Shown piece by piece: positions 35,907-47,592 of a stretch of 64,000 bases of DNA (position 1 is the first letter of the stretch; each line of letters opens with the position of its first letter). The notes beneath the pieces were generated by a model that was not told the DNA's origin, did no database searches, and saw nothing but the letters and a program-made list of their open reading frames with translations. The stretch spans positions 806,001-870,000 of the forward strand of contig CP142729.1 in the NCBI GenBank assembly GCA_036630325.1. The letters are read 5' to 3'. This stretch comes from Vairimorpha necatrix (taxonomy: Eukaryota). A program made the position numbers and the translations under genes.

Positions 35907-38495
35907 TCAGATGTCAAGAAGACAATCTGATTGGTCCGGACTATCCGCCGTCCACACTCTCCCCTTCATCAAATAAGATATCGTCTTTTCAGTTTCGGTT
36001 ACAGCAACTAAATCTTTTCGATTAATATCAAATGTTTTCCCTCCATTACAACTTCTTATTTGATAAGCACCTTTGCCTTTCTTAGTGATAATTTCGAACT
36101 CTTCATCTTCGTATGGTGATTCGAATTTTCTCTTCAATAGTGCGTGTTTCTTTAAAAGAACTGTATCTCCTATGTCTAAGTCATTGGGGTCTGCTTTATA
36201 TAAGTTTCGTTCGTTAGACTTAGCCTTTTTCTTATCTTCTACTTCCATTATTCTTTCTTTAATAATATTTATTTTCTCTCTTTTCTGTCTTACATATTCA
36301 ATTGGATCAACAAAATATAAATCAAAGTCTGATGGTATCTCAATTAAATTGCTTGGAACTAAAGGCTCTCTGCCGTATAGTAACATAAAGGGTGACGCAT
36401 TAAAGCGTTCCACTATACCAATCCTATATTGCATTAACACATACGGGAATACTCTATCCCAATTCTGTTCATGATCTACCATGGCTTTTGATATTTTTTC
36501 TATCATGGTCTTGTTTGTTCTCTCTGCAAGACCATTAGCTTGTGGGTGGTATGGAGATGAATGTTTAAATCTACTTCCCCATAACGATGCTACTGAGTTC
36601 ACTAGTTTATTTGTGAACTCTAATCCCTGATCACTCCTGATCGTTTTGACCGTCCCATGTCTTGAGAATACGTCTTCCACTAGAAATCTTGCTATCTCTT
36701 CTGCCGATTTCTTTTTTAGAACTTTACCCTCAACCCATTTAGTAAAGTAGTCGGTTGCGAGAACAATGAATTTGTGTCCTGATTTCGACTTTGGCAGTGG
36801 ACCGATGCAGTCGATCCCAACTTCCATGAATGTTCCTTCTACATTTGTTGGATATTGTTTGAACGGTCTATTCCTTTTAAATTTTAAACATGTTCCACAT
36901 GTTCTCAATATATCTTTCACTCTATCTCGAGATATTCCTGATCCCGCATGATGTATCTTCAAAAAATTGTACGTGTTATTGGCACAACTATGTCCAGTTA
37001 AGGAATGAGCTTCTAAGATTAATTTCGTAGACGCCCCATCGCCATCTTCCTTGGTTATTGATTTTAATCGGACTCTTGAAAGGCAGTCTGCTACTACATT
37101 ATCTTTCCCTTTCTTATATTCAATCACAAATTCCATGTCTGCCAGGAACATCAACCATCTAGCAATCCTTCCTTGTGGATTCTTGACTTTATAAAGCCAT
37201 ACAAGAGATTTGTGATCTGTTCTTATGACAAATTTTTTATGTAAATAGTTTTTAAAAGTCTTCACCGCATAAATTATTGCAAGAGTTTCCTTTTCAAGTG
37301 TAGGATAGTTCCCCTCAGCAGGCATTAGATTTCTGCTACAGAATCTGATGACCACATCCTTCTGATTCTTTTTCTGTTTGAGAACACCGCCTATACAATA
37401 ATCTGATGCATCTGCTTCTATTATGAACATCTCTTCCATATTTGGGAGTTCTAAAAACGCCGAATTTATTAATTCTAGTCGTAAGTCATTTACAGTTTTC
37501 TCGACTTCAATTTTTGAAAATTCTCTTTTCCTATTGATTATTTCGTTTAATATAAATGTTTTACTAGAAAAATTCTTAAAATAGTTTCTGAAGTAGCCTA
37601 TTCCGCCAACAAATGAGTGTAACTGTTTAATAGTTTCTATCTTTAGCTTATCTTTAAAAGGACCTAGTCTCTTTTCATCTGGGAATACCTTTCCATCCAT
37701 TACTGAATGACCTAATAAATCCACCCTCTTCGTGCAGAAAACGCTTTTCTCAGTACTTATTTTAAGTCCGTTTGCTAACAAGACTTGAAGGACCTCTCTT
37801 ACATCTCTGTGGTGTTCTTCATGCGTTTTACTATATATGGTAATGTCGTCCATATAAACTACGACTTTGGAATTTATTAAATTTCTGAAAACTCCATACA
37901 TTAGTCTCTGGAATGTTGCCGGGGCATTAGTTAAGCCGAAAGGCATCATTCTATATTGAAACTTACCTACTGGTGACATAAAGGCTGTCAACTCTTGTGA
38001 CTCTGGATCCATGGGCACTTGATGATACCCCTTTTCTAGATCTAATTGTGTGAAATATCTGGCTCCACTCAATGAATTAAGGCACTCCTCAATAGTTGGA
38101 GGCTGGCAAACTTCTTTTACCGTTCGATTATTTAATTCTCGATAATCTATACACATCCTGTGTCCTCCCGTGCGTTTTTTAACCACTACTATAGGTGCAT
38201 TCCACCTACTCACGCTTTCTGTTATGATTCCATTTTTAGCCAACTCTAGGCATTCGTTAATTATGAACTCCTTCTTTTTACCGTCCATAGTATAACTTCT
38301 CATATTAGCTATTGTCACGTTGGGGCGTAAATCAATTTTATGGGCTATTCCCAACGTATTGCTGAGACCTTCTTCACGTCCTTTCAGCCTTTCAAAGTAG
38401 TCTTTGACTAATTCCAACGTTGTGTTACATGTGCTGTGAACACTTGGCTGTCGTGATGTCTCTTTAGATATATGTCTTAACTCCAGACAATCCAT
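35907..38495 (-). CDS. pol (RT-RNase H-integrase) of element C
   Basis: YMDD, ADAS, SDQG and LAERTN motifs. The stop codon lies inside the 3' LTR. Confidence 0.9.
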   Translation of the reverse strand: MDCLELRHISKETSRQPSVHSTCNTTLELVKDYFERLKGREEGLSNTLGIAHKIDLRPNVTIANMRSYTMDGKKKEFIINECLELAKNGIITESVSRWNAPIVVVKKRTGGHRMCIDYRELNNRTVKEVCQPPTIEECLNSLSGARYFTQLDLEKGYHQVPMDPESQELTAFMSPVGKFQYRMMPFGLTNAPATFQRLMYGVFRNLINSKVVVYMDDITIYSKTHEEHHRDVREVLQVLLANGLKISTEKSVFCTKRVDLLGHSVMDGKVFPDEKRLGPFKDKLKIETIKQLHSFVGGIGYFRNYFKNFSSKTFILNEIINRKREFSKIEVEKTVNDLRLELINSAFLELPNMEEMFIIEADASDYCIGGVLKQKKNQKDVVIRFCSRNLMPAEGNYPTLEKETLAIIYAVKTFKNYLHKKFVIRTDHKSLVWLYKVKNPQGRIARWLMFLADMEFVIEYKKGKDNVVADCLSRVRLKSITKEDGDGASTKLILEAHSLTGHSCANNTYNFLKIHHAGSGISRDRVKDILRTCGTCLKFKRNRPFKQYPTNVEGTFMEVGIDCIGPLPKSKSGHKFIVLATDYFTKWVEGKVLKKKSAEEIARFLVEDVFSRHGTVKTIRSDQGLEFTNKLVNSVASLWGSRFKHSSPYHPQANGLAERTNKTMIEKISKAMVDHEQNWDRVFPYVLMQYRIGIVERFNASPFMLLYGREPLVPSNLIEIPSDFDLYFVDPIEYVRQKREKINIIKERIMEVEDKKKAKSNERNLYKADPNDLDIGDTVLLKKHALLKRKFESPYEDEEFEIITKKGKGAYQIRSCNGGKTFDINRKDLVAVTETEKTISYLMKGRVWTADSPDQSDCLLDI

Positions 38496-38608
38496 ATTTT
38501 TTTTATATTTCCGGTTTTTAATATATTTTTCCCAAGAGTAATTCTTTTGTTATGGAAATCAATCGCTCCTTTGTTTATTTCCAAGAAATCTCTTCCTAAT
38601 ATTACATC

Positions 38609-39757
38609 TTAGCTTAATGGACACATCACCTGGAGGGGGATTTTGTACCTCTTTCCTTCAATCTCCAGGACTCCATTAATGCTACCATAACTAGAAACTA
38701 TACCAGTGGCAGTTGTTATGCGTTCTCTTCTCATGTTTTCTAACTTACATTCTTGTATGAGACTTTTATCTATAAACGAATGCGATGCTCCTGTATCTAG
38801 TAAGGCATTAACAGTTTTATTATAAATTTTGACTTTTAAATAAACTAAATCAGTTTTATTTTCATTGACTTCGTTGAGTTTTTTAGTGTCTTTAGAAATA
38901 ATTTGAGCCCTTCTAGAACTTGAATAAGCCGCTTTTTCTTTCTTCAGATTTTGGTTTTTGCTCGGACATCTACTCGCATAATGTTGCCCTCCGCAGTTAA
39001 AACATGAAATTTCTGCTTTAGTATCTTTTCTCTGTTTTGTTATTAAAGATGAGTTTTTAGACTTTATTTCTGGTGTAATTTTATTATATTTACCTAATCT
39101 TTTAATAAAATCTTCGTTATCATTTAAGATTTTGATGATGCTCTTCCAGTCCATCGACTCTTTTACTTTGTCGTGAAGAACAGTTGGGAAAAACTCGATC
39201 AGTTCCATTTTGACTGTATTAAACTCTAATTTAGCTTTCCTATTCTGGGTTATAACCTCCATTATGAAATCTTCCAGGCCACTTTCGTTAGGACCAGATA
39301 TTAATATTCTGTATAGCTCTTTGATTTCATTTCTTGTCGTTTGTTTATTTACACCAAATTTAGTTATAAGAGCTTGTTTAAAACTGATGAAGTCAGTATA
39401 TTCGATGTCTTCCATCGCTATCATCCATTTTTTCGCTCTTCCCACGACATAGGGTTTCATATAGGATAGAAGTTTTTCGCCTTTCCATTCCCCTTCTAAA
39501 TACGAGAATTGTTCCAGCCATAGCTCAACTTCCATGCCTCCTTTACCACTGAATGGTCTTATGCCATCCTTCCTGAAGCCCACTGCTTCTAGTAAAGTAC
39601 TTAATCTGTCCTTCTCAACAGATTGGTTTGCGTTGTCGCCAGTGTTGACGTTAGCCGAAATATGAGGTTTTAGAGTATTCTTTTTATTATTGCCCATCCT
39701 CATAAATTCGAGGACGTATTTATATTTAATTCTGAAACGTTGTTTCAGAATTATCAT
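38609..39757 (-). CDS. gag-protease of element C
   Basis: CFNCGGQHYASRC knuckle and LLDTGA protease. An in-frame TAA precedes DVILGRDF. Confidence 0.85.
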   Translation of the reverse strand: MIILKQRFRIKYKYVLEFMRMGNNKKNTLKPHISANVNTGDNANQSVEKDRLSTLLEAVGFRKDGIRPFSGKGGMEVELWLEQFSYLEGEWKGEKLLSYMKPYVVGRAKKWMIAMEDIEYTDFISFKQALITKFGVNKQTTRNEIKELYRILISGPNESGLEDFIMEVITQNRKAKLEFNTVKMELIEFFPTVLHDKVKESMDWKSIIKILNDNEDFIKRLGKYNKITPEIKSKNSSLITKQRKDTKAEISCFNCGGQHYASRCPSKNQNLKKEKAAYSSSRRAQIISKDTKKLNEVNENKTDLVYLKVKIYNKTVNALLDTGASHSFIDKSLIQECKLENMRRERITTATGIVSSYGSINGVLEIEGKRYKIPLQVMCPLS

Positions 39758-40011
39758 GTTTCAGATGTCAAGAAGACAATCTGATTGGTCCGGACTATCC
39801 GCCGTCCACAGTAAACTACTTTATCTAGATGTTTCAGCCATTCCTTTTCTTCTTCAGTTTTAGAATGGTCAACGGCTAACAAACTTTCTTCAAATACATT
39901 TTTTGTATTGTTCGCGTTAAAGTTTGGTTAAACCTTTCTATTTGCCCGTTTGATTGTGGGTGACGGGGCCTACTATGTTTTTGAACAGTAAAAAGGTCGA
40001 AACAAAGGTTA

Positions 40012-43000
40012 TATAAGTGCTTAACATAATTGGGGTTTAATATTATTACTGATTATAACATCCCCCCTCCAGACGGTTAGTCTCCTTCAACATACTTTAA
40101 ATCCCCTACACCCTTAAGATCATAATGCTTTTTTTTCACCAACCTTCCATTCTCTAATCTCACTATATATGAATCCCCTGGACATAGCTCAATCACTCTT
40201 CCCATGTCTAAAAATCGACCCTTACTATACTTACTACATCCCTTTAAATTCTCATTCTTGGCAACCCTAACTATCTGGTTCCTTTTGAACTTTTCTCTAA
40301 ACCAACTTTTGAACTGTTGCGCATACTTTCCCTCTGGACTATTCTCCATACTAACATTTCCTGTATTATCGGTTAAAGCTTCTACTGGCGTGCACTTAAT
40401 ACCAGCATGAAAACTTAAATTATATTTCTCAATAGCTTCATAAACCTTGTTCTCGAATTTCTCTTTTTGGCTCTTTAAAATACTATCTCTTACAGTTCTA
40501 ATAACTCTTTCTACTCTTCCATTACTTCTGTGCGACTCAACGCTGACCTTTCTATGACTAATATCCAAATTTCTACATAGCTCGGTAACTTTTTCGTTGC
40601 AAAACTCTTTACCATTATCCGTAATGATTTCCTCTGGTTTTCTACCCTGTTTACACAAATCCTTGATAAATTCGGCAATTCCAGATGCGTGCTTGCTCTT
40701 CAATACTCTGCCCCATAATCTCCTTGTAAAGTAATCAACTGCCAAAACAATAAACGCTTTCTCATCCCTAAATTCTATTAAATCTAAGCCAACCTTCTCT
40801 AAATATCTTGTCGTGTTCACTAAATCAGTACCGCCACTCGTTTTTCTGGCAGAAATCTGACAAGTCTCGCAATTCTTAAGGACCTTTTCGATCTGATCCT
40901 TAATTCCTGGCCAATAATACTGTTTCCTCAACTCATAATATACCGTTGTTCTGCTTCTGTGGCTCAAATTTACATGACAATCCATTATTAATCTCTCTCT
41001 GTCTTGTTCCAAAGGCATCTCGCCTTCTCTACCACTATCAAATACCCAGTATTCTTTACCTTCTACAATTTTTACATGCTTATTTCTTTTCCCTTCTTTT
41101 TGTCTATCACGGCGTGTTTCATTTCTCTTTTTCTTTGCATCTTTTTCTTTTGTATATATCCTACTTAGCGCATCGGCTACGACCATATTTTCTGGAGTTC
41201 TATATTCTATCACGAAATCAAATTCCTGAATCTTCTCGGCCCATCTATTAATTCTAGCATTCTTAAAGTCGGGCTTGTTTCTTATTTCGCCCAACGCTTT
41301 ATGATCAGTTTCTATTCTAAATTTCCTACCTCTTAATTCATATTCAAACTTTTTAACGCCCCAAAAAACTGCGTACATTTCTTTTTCTGATATACCATAA
41401 TTAACTTCCGTAACGGTAAACTTCTTAGACGCTCACTGTACTGGCACCCATTCTCCTTGATTATTTTTCTGTAACAGTACTGCGCCCATGCCTACATTAC
41501 TAGCGTCAGTCCTCAACAAAAATTCTTTATCATAGTCTGCTATTTGCAGCTTTCCTAGGCCTTTCAATACTTCTTTTAAATTATTAAACTCGTTTTTCAT
41601 ATCATCCGTCCACTTCCAATTATCATTCTTCCCTTTTAAACTATCTGTCAACCTAACTGTCAATCCAGCGTAATTCTTAATAAAATCTCTGAACCAACCC
41701 GTCATTCCTAAAAATCTTCTTACATCTGACACGCATGTTGGTATCGGAAACTCTAGGGCTTCATTTTTCTTTATCTCTGACGGTATTATATCTTCTCCAT
41801 TTAAAGTGACTCCCAATAATTTAACTTCCCGTTGACAAAACTGAACTTTATTTGCATTCAGCTTCATATTGTTTTCCTTCAGTCTATTTAATACCCTTTT
41901 CACTAATTGCTCGTGTTCTCCTATCGTTCGGCTGTACAACACAATATCGTCCATATACACCTCTACTCCTTTGCCTTTCATATCTCTAAAAATCCTATCC
42001 ATAATTCTCTGCAATATCTGCGGGCTATTCTTATATCCCATAACCATAGAGTTCCATTCATAAACCTTGCCATTAAAATCAAACGCCGTCTTATGTTTAT
42101 CCTCCTCCTCTATCTCAATACTATAGAAGGCCTCTTTTAAGTCAAAAACCGTCATATATTTTGCACCTTGTGTAGCTCTTACAACATCTCTTATGTTAGA
42201 CAATCTATACTCGTCCTTTTCTACAATATCGTTCAATGCCATCAAATTACTAACCAGTCTTATCTCACCATTTGGCTTTCTGATTGACCTTATAGGATTC
42301 CTCCAACTTGAATTTGACTCTCTTATCACTTTCCTTTTTAATAAATCTTCTAGATGTAGCTCTGTATCTTTTATCAACGCCTGCGGAACCATTTGTCCCT
42401 TTTTAAATACCTTCATACCCGCTTCAGTATTAATTTTACATTTTTCCAGTTTACAATATTTTATCTCCTCTTTTCCTAACTTAAAAACCTCTCCAAAACT
42501 CTTAGCATACTTATCTAAATTCAATCTGATTCTCTTACTCTCCTCTTTAACAGCATATTCTTTTTGGTTTTTCTCAAATTTGACTATAGTCCTCTTTTTG
42601 TTCTTCTAAAATCTCGCTCCTGACTTGACTCTGATTCCCTACCTACTTCAATTTTGCAACTGTTATCCTCGTTATTCTTTTTATAATAATTATCTCTACT
42701 AATCTTTAGTCTGCATTCAAACACCCTATGCCCTTGTCTATCACAATAGAAGCATCTCGGTACTCTCGATTTTTGTCTTGGTCGTTCTCTACTAATTTCT
42801 TCATTTATAGTCCTAGAAATAATTTTTCTCATTTCCTCATATATCTTTTCTTCCTCCCCTACTTCCTTAATCCTTAACAATAGCTTCTTCCTTATTCCTT
42901 CAATATTTTCTTCCTTTTTGATATTTCTCACAATAAAATCTTTTAAATCCATCGAAGCCAACTTGAACAGCTCACTCTTCCATTTCTCTCTATCCACATC

Positions 43001-43153
43001 TCTCAAATCCAATTCATACAATATACGCTCTAACTCCTGTAACATCTTTCTGACCACTTGGCCACAGTCCTCTCTTGTGAACTCTTCTTTAGGTATCGCC
43101 CCCATATAAGTGCTTAACATAATTGGGGTTTAATATTATTACTGATTATAACA
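40012..43153 (-). mobile_element. Compact Ty3/Gypsy element D (49-bp LTRs), coding region disrupted
   Basis: Identical LTRs 40012-40060 and 43105-43153, TSD GGTTA, PBS TGGGGGCGATACC (tRNA-Pro-like), PPT GGAGGGGGGA. ORFs 42584-43120, 41433-42524 and 40077-41378; a TGA replaces the Trp codon of QWASKK. Confidence 0.95.
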
Positions 43154-44367
43154 GGTTATTTATATGGGAATTGCAGAATTCCTTTCCATTATCGCTTTGA
43201 AGGATCTTGGGCGGACCAGTCATATTGTAAAATAAAAATTTAAGGTTTTTTGTAACCTCATCACCTGTTTTACTTTTCAATGGAAAGGCCCAGGCAAACT
43301 TAGAATACACATCTATTATTGTTAAAATCCAACAATACCCACCGTTAAGCCTTTTATAGCGTGTCATATCGATTAAATCGATCATAATTCGTTCCATCGG
43401 TTTAGAGGCCGTAATATGTACTTGGCGCTCTTTATTTTTTAACGGTTGTGATTGTCCACATGTGATGCATTCGGAAACGATTTTTCTTATAATGTCCCTA
43501 GGAATTTTAAAAAAAACCTTATTGCATGATGCTTCGAATCGGTTAACGCCCCTGTGATGAAGCTGGTGGAAAGCTCTACATTCCACTTCCATGGCCTCAA
43601 GCTGGTCACTATGAAAAACCTTGAGGTGGTTCCCATTGGCCTCGTCCCTTAAATATAGCGCCCCATCTATAAGAAGGTAATTACCGGCTTTTTGTTTCAA
43701 CCGTTTTTTTTGTTGCTTTTCTAAAACAACTTCATTGTCCCTGCCTAGTAAAACTAATTTTAAATTACTGTATTCACTAGCATTTCTGGGAGGAAGAATC
43801 ATTTTTAAGGGGATAAAAAAAATCTTTTTATTTATCAACTAGCGTATGCTTTCCCGTTTTGAAAACGGGATCTAAAAGTTTAGTTTTTTAATATGTCCCT
43901 AATTGGTAATTTTCGTTAAGTTTCCATTTAAGGATAATGAATTTAAAAAAAGAAAACATGATTTTTAAAAAACTTTTTAGCAACATATAAGAAGTTATGT
44001 TGTTTTAAAACATTAAATAATCTCAATGAGATAATTTTGGGAACTTCTAAGCTCAATTTTTGACACTTACATTCAGCTTTTTCTTTGGTTAATTGTTTTT
44101 TGGATTTTTCGTGGAAGGGTTAAATAAATTCTAAAAAACGATTTTGACGATATTTTGGAACTGAGTTTTACAAAAATAATAATTAAATCAAAAAAGTATT
44201 AACTAATAACATACACACTTAGAATAGTCAAATTAAAGCAATAAATCTATATTTGATAATATATTAACGGAAGAGGCACAAAATGTATCGTTTAGAAATT
44301 TCAAAGTCACAAAAAAGAGGGGTAAAAAATTAAATAAAATTCTTTTATATATATGATTGTTATTATG

Positions 44368-47300
44368 TGTGTTTATTTTCCATAATGAGGGGTAAAAATA
44401 ATAAGGATATATAACATCCCCCCTCCAAGACGGTAGTCTCATACTAGAACTCATTAATCCCAAGCAGACCTTTTAAATCATAATGCCGCCTTTTCACGAT
44501 CCTACCATTTTCCAAACTAACTAAGTACGAGTCACCTCCGCAAACTTCCTTGATAACACCATATCCTAAAAACCTTCCTTTCTCATACTTACTACAACCC
44601 GATAAGTTCTCTTTCTTCGCTACCCTAACTCTCTGACCTTTATAGAATTTCTCTCTTTTGCGAGCCACAAACCTCCTACTATAAAATCCTTCAGGTCCAT
44701 TCTCGATCATAACATGGCCCGTTTCGTCTCTTGAGGCCTCAAACGGTGTACATCTCAACCCTTCATGATAGCTGTTATTATAACGCCATATACATCTATT
44801 AACCTTGGCTTCAAAATTCACAGCATCATCTTTCAATATTCCTTCTCTTATGGTTCCTATTACCCTTTCCACTCTTCCATTACTTCTATGACTTTCTACG
44901 CTTACTTTCCTATGTAATACATTTTCCTCTGAACACCAATTCCTCATATATTCATTACTAAATTCTTTACCGTTGTCAGTAATTATTTCTACCGGTTTCA
45001 TTCCTGATCCACACAACTGTTTTAAAAATCCTACAACCGAGCTTCCGCGTTTGTCCTCTATTACTTTTCCCCAAACGATCCTAGTATAATAATCAATCAC
45101 GACCAACACATATTTCCCTAAATCTCTAAACTCAATCAAATCCAAAGCAACCTTTTCCAAATAAAATCTTGAACTAACAAAATCACAACCACCACTCTTT
45201 TTCCTATTATATATTTGGCAAACTTCACACTTCTTTAAAACATCCTCGATATCCTTCTTCATACCCGGCCAATAAAATTCAAACTTCATTGCATAGTACA
45301 CTGATCCTAAACTTCTATGTCCCAAATTTTCATGAGCATTGACAATTAAACCTTCACGCAATTCTTTCTTTGGAATCTCCGCTTCTCTACCAGAGTCAAA
45401 TACCCAAATTTCCTTCCCATCAACAACTTTAACATGCTTGTCCCATTTACCCTGTGCCTGTTTAATACTTCTCTCCTTATCCATTAGCGTTTTCTCATTT
45501 TCATGTACCCTACTCAGTGCATCTGCTACAACCATGGTACTAGGCTCTCTATATTCAATGCTAAAGTCGAACTCTTGAATCTTTTCAATCCACCTGTTAA
45601 TTCTATTATTGTTAAATGCTGGTTTATTTCTAATCTCGATCAATGCCTTATGATCAGTTTCTACCCTAAATCTTCTTCCGCGTAGTTCATATTCAAACTT
45701 TTTAATTCCCCAAAAGACTGCATACATCTCCTTCTCACTGATTCCATATCTCGTTTCCGTAGGCGTAAACTTTTTTGATGCCCACTGTACTGGTACCCAA
45801 TTACCTTGATCATCTTCCTGCATTAAAACAGCACCCATTCCAACATTACTCGCATCCGTGCGTAACAAAAATTCCTTATTATAATTAACAATTGCTAAAC
45901 CTTTTAAATCCCTAATCACTTCCCTTAAACTAATATATTCTTTTTCCATTTCTTCTGTCCATTTCCAATTACTTCCTCGTCCTTTAAGAGAATCCGTCAA
46001 CGCCAATGTACGTTTTGCATAATTATCAATATGATTTCTAAACCATCCAGCCAGCCCAAGAAACTTCCTAACATCTGATACACACTCCGGTTTGGGAAAT
46101 TCTAACGCTTCATTTTGCTTTATTTCAGATGGCAGTATCTCCTTGCCATTAACTGTTACTCCTAACAACATCACCTCTCGTTTACATAATTGAACCTTAG
46201 CCAAATTAATTTTCATACTATTCTCCTCTAATATATCCACAGCCTCTTTCAACAATTTGTCGTGACCCTCTCTTGTCTTACTATGAATCACAATATCGTC
46301 CATATAAATTTCGATTCCCTTACCAATAAATTTTTCAAAAATCCCATTCATTATTCTTTGTAATATCTGCGGTGAGTTTTTAAACCCCATGACCATCGAA
46401 TTCCACTCGTATACCTTTTTATTAAACTCAAAAGCCGTCTTAAACCTATCCTTCTCTTCAATCTCAATACTATAAAACCCCTCCTTTAGATCTATCACGG
46501 TAAAAAATTCAGATCCCTGTGTACTTCTAATAACATCTCTTATCCTAGTTAACTCATAAGGATCCTTCTCTACAATGTCATTAAGAGCAATTAAATTACT
46601 TACTAATCTTATATCACCATTCGGTTTCTCAATCGCTCTAATGGGATTTCTCCAGTCAGATGTCGACCTTCTAATTATCTTTCTTCTTTCCAAATTATTA
46701 ATATAATCTTCCGTCTTCTTCAACAAAGCCTGAGCTATAGCCTGCCCTTTTTTAACAACTTTCTTGCCTTCTTGAGTCTTGATAATACATTTTTCAACCT
46801 TACAAAAACTAATATCTTCATCCTCTCTTCCTCCTACCCGTGAAATAATCTCCTCTAAATACGCGATGCCTCTTACATCCCTTCTCAACAGAACTCTCTT
46901 ATTATTGTCCCTTTTGCTATAATCTTGTATATCCCCTAAATTTTTCTTCTTACGTTTCCCACCATCAACATTATAATAATCACATTTGTCCGAATTGGAA
47001 TCGTCATCACATTTACCCTCTAAGTCTAATTGCACTTTACATTTACCAACATAATTAAAACTACTTTTATTTCTTCTGTCTTCAGAATCTCGCCTCATTC
47101 CCCTACAAAATCTAACACTATGGCCTAACTTCCCACAATTGTAGCAACGCATATTCTTTTTATTTTCCTCACGAGACAACTTATTCTTCTCCTCAAATTT
47201 AGCCCATAACGCTAGGGACAACTCTTCAAATTCTTTTTTTCTCACTTGTTCCTTTTCCTCCTGAATAGCTAGCAACTCTAATTTTTCCTCAATTTCCTTC

Positions 47301-47551
47301 CAACTACCCTCTTGCGAGATCCTCTCAACAATAAAATTTCTCAATAAAATAGAACCTCTCCTAAAAATTTCTAATTTAAATCCACACTCATCAATTTTCT
47401 CTAAAAACAACTCATAAACAATCCTTTTAACCTCTTTTAATATTATTCTAGCCTCTTGGCCACGGTCCTCCTTTGTAGACCCATTTTCTGGTATCGCCCC
47501 CATGTGTTTATTTTCCATAATGAGGGGTAAAAATAATAAGGATATATAACA
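44368..47551 (-). mobile_element. Compact Ty3/Gypsy element E (49-bp LTRs), intact
   Basis: Identical LTRs 44368-44416 and 47503-47551 (TG..CA), TSD TTATG, PBS TGGGGGCGATACC, PPT GGAGGGGGGA. Confidence 0.97.
44444..47518 (-). CDS. Single gag-RT-RNase H-integrase polyprotein of E (1024 aa), no protease motif seen
   Basis: CYNCGKLGHSVRFC, YMDD, TDAS, H..H..C..C, TDNG and RVERV motifs. Confidence 0.93.
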   Translation of the reverse strand: MENKHMGAIPENGSTKEDRGQEARIILKEVKRIVYELFLEKIDECGFKLEIFRRGSILLRNFIVERISQEGSWKEIEEKLELLAIQEEKEQVRKKEFEELSLALWAKFEEKNKLSREENKKNMRCYNCGKLGHSVRFCRGMRRDSEDRRNKSSFNYVGKCKVQLDLEGKCDDDSNSDKCDYYNVDGGKRKKKNLGDIQDYSKRDNNKRVLLRRDVRGIAYLEEIISRVGGREDEDISFCKVEKCIIKTQEGKKVVKKGQAIAQALLKKTEDYINNLERRKIIRRSTSDWRNPIRAIEKPNGDIRLVSNLIALNDIVEKDPYELTRIRDVIRSTQGSEFFTVIDLKEGFYSIEIEEKDRFKTAFEFNKKVYEWNSMVMGFKNSPQILQRIMNGIFEKFIGKGIEIYMDDIVIHSKTREGHDKLLKEAVDILEENSMKINLAKVQLCKREVMLLGVTVNGKEILPSEIKQNEALEFPKPECVSDVRKFLGLAGWFRNHIDNYAKRTLALTDSLKGRGSNWKWTEEMEKEYISLREVIRDLKGLAIVNYNKEFLLRTDASNVGMGAVLMQEDDQGNWVPVQWASKKFTPTETRYGISEKEMYAVFWGIKKFEYELRGRRFRVETDHKALIEIRNKPAFNNNRINRWIEKIQEFDFSIEYREPSTMVVADALSRVHENEKTLMDKERSIKQAQGKWDKHVKVVDGKEIWVFDSGREAEIPKKELREGLIVNAHENLGHRSLGSVYYAMKFEFYWPGMKKDIEDVLKKCEVCQIYNRKKSGGCDFVSSRFYLEKVALDLIEFRDLGKYVLVVIDYYTRIVWGKVIEDKRGSSVVGFLKQLCGSGMKPVEIITDNGKEFSNEYMRNWCSEENVLHRKVSVESHRSNGRVERVIGTIREGILKDDAVNFEAKVNRCIWRYNNSYHEGLRCTPFEASRDETGHVMIENGPEGFYSRRFVARKREKFYKGQRVRVAKKENLSGCSKYEKGRFLGYGVIKEVCGGDSYLVSLENGRIVKRRHYDLKGLLGINEF

Positions 47552-47592
47552 TTATGTAAGTATTTTCTTATTTTTTATTTCGTTTTATCTAG

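Larger units (their letters stand above)
35789..39810 (-). mobile_element. Ty3/Gypsy element C (young)
   Basis: Identical 168-bp LTRs (35789-35956, 39643-39810), TSD GTAAAC, PBS TGGCGACAAC, PPT AAGGGGAGAG. Confidence 0.97.
35327..43802 (-). pseudogene. Transposase of B in three pieces (43802-43154, 40006-39811, 35782-35327), about 433 aa
   Basis: HHCC finger and IDLID / SDNG / GQIERFN DDE motifs. The pieces rejoin across the TSDs of elements D and C, with one 1-nt slip in an A-run near 39900. Confidence 0.85.
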
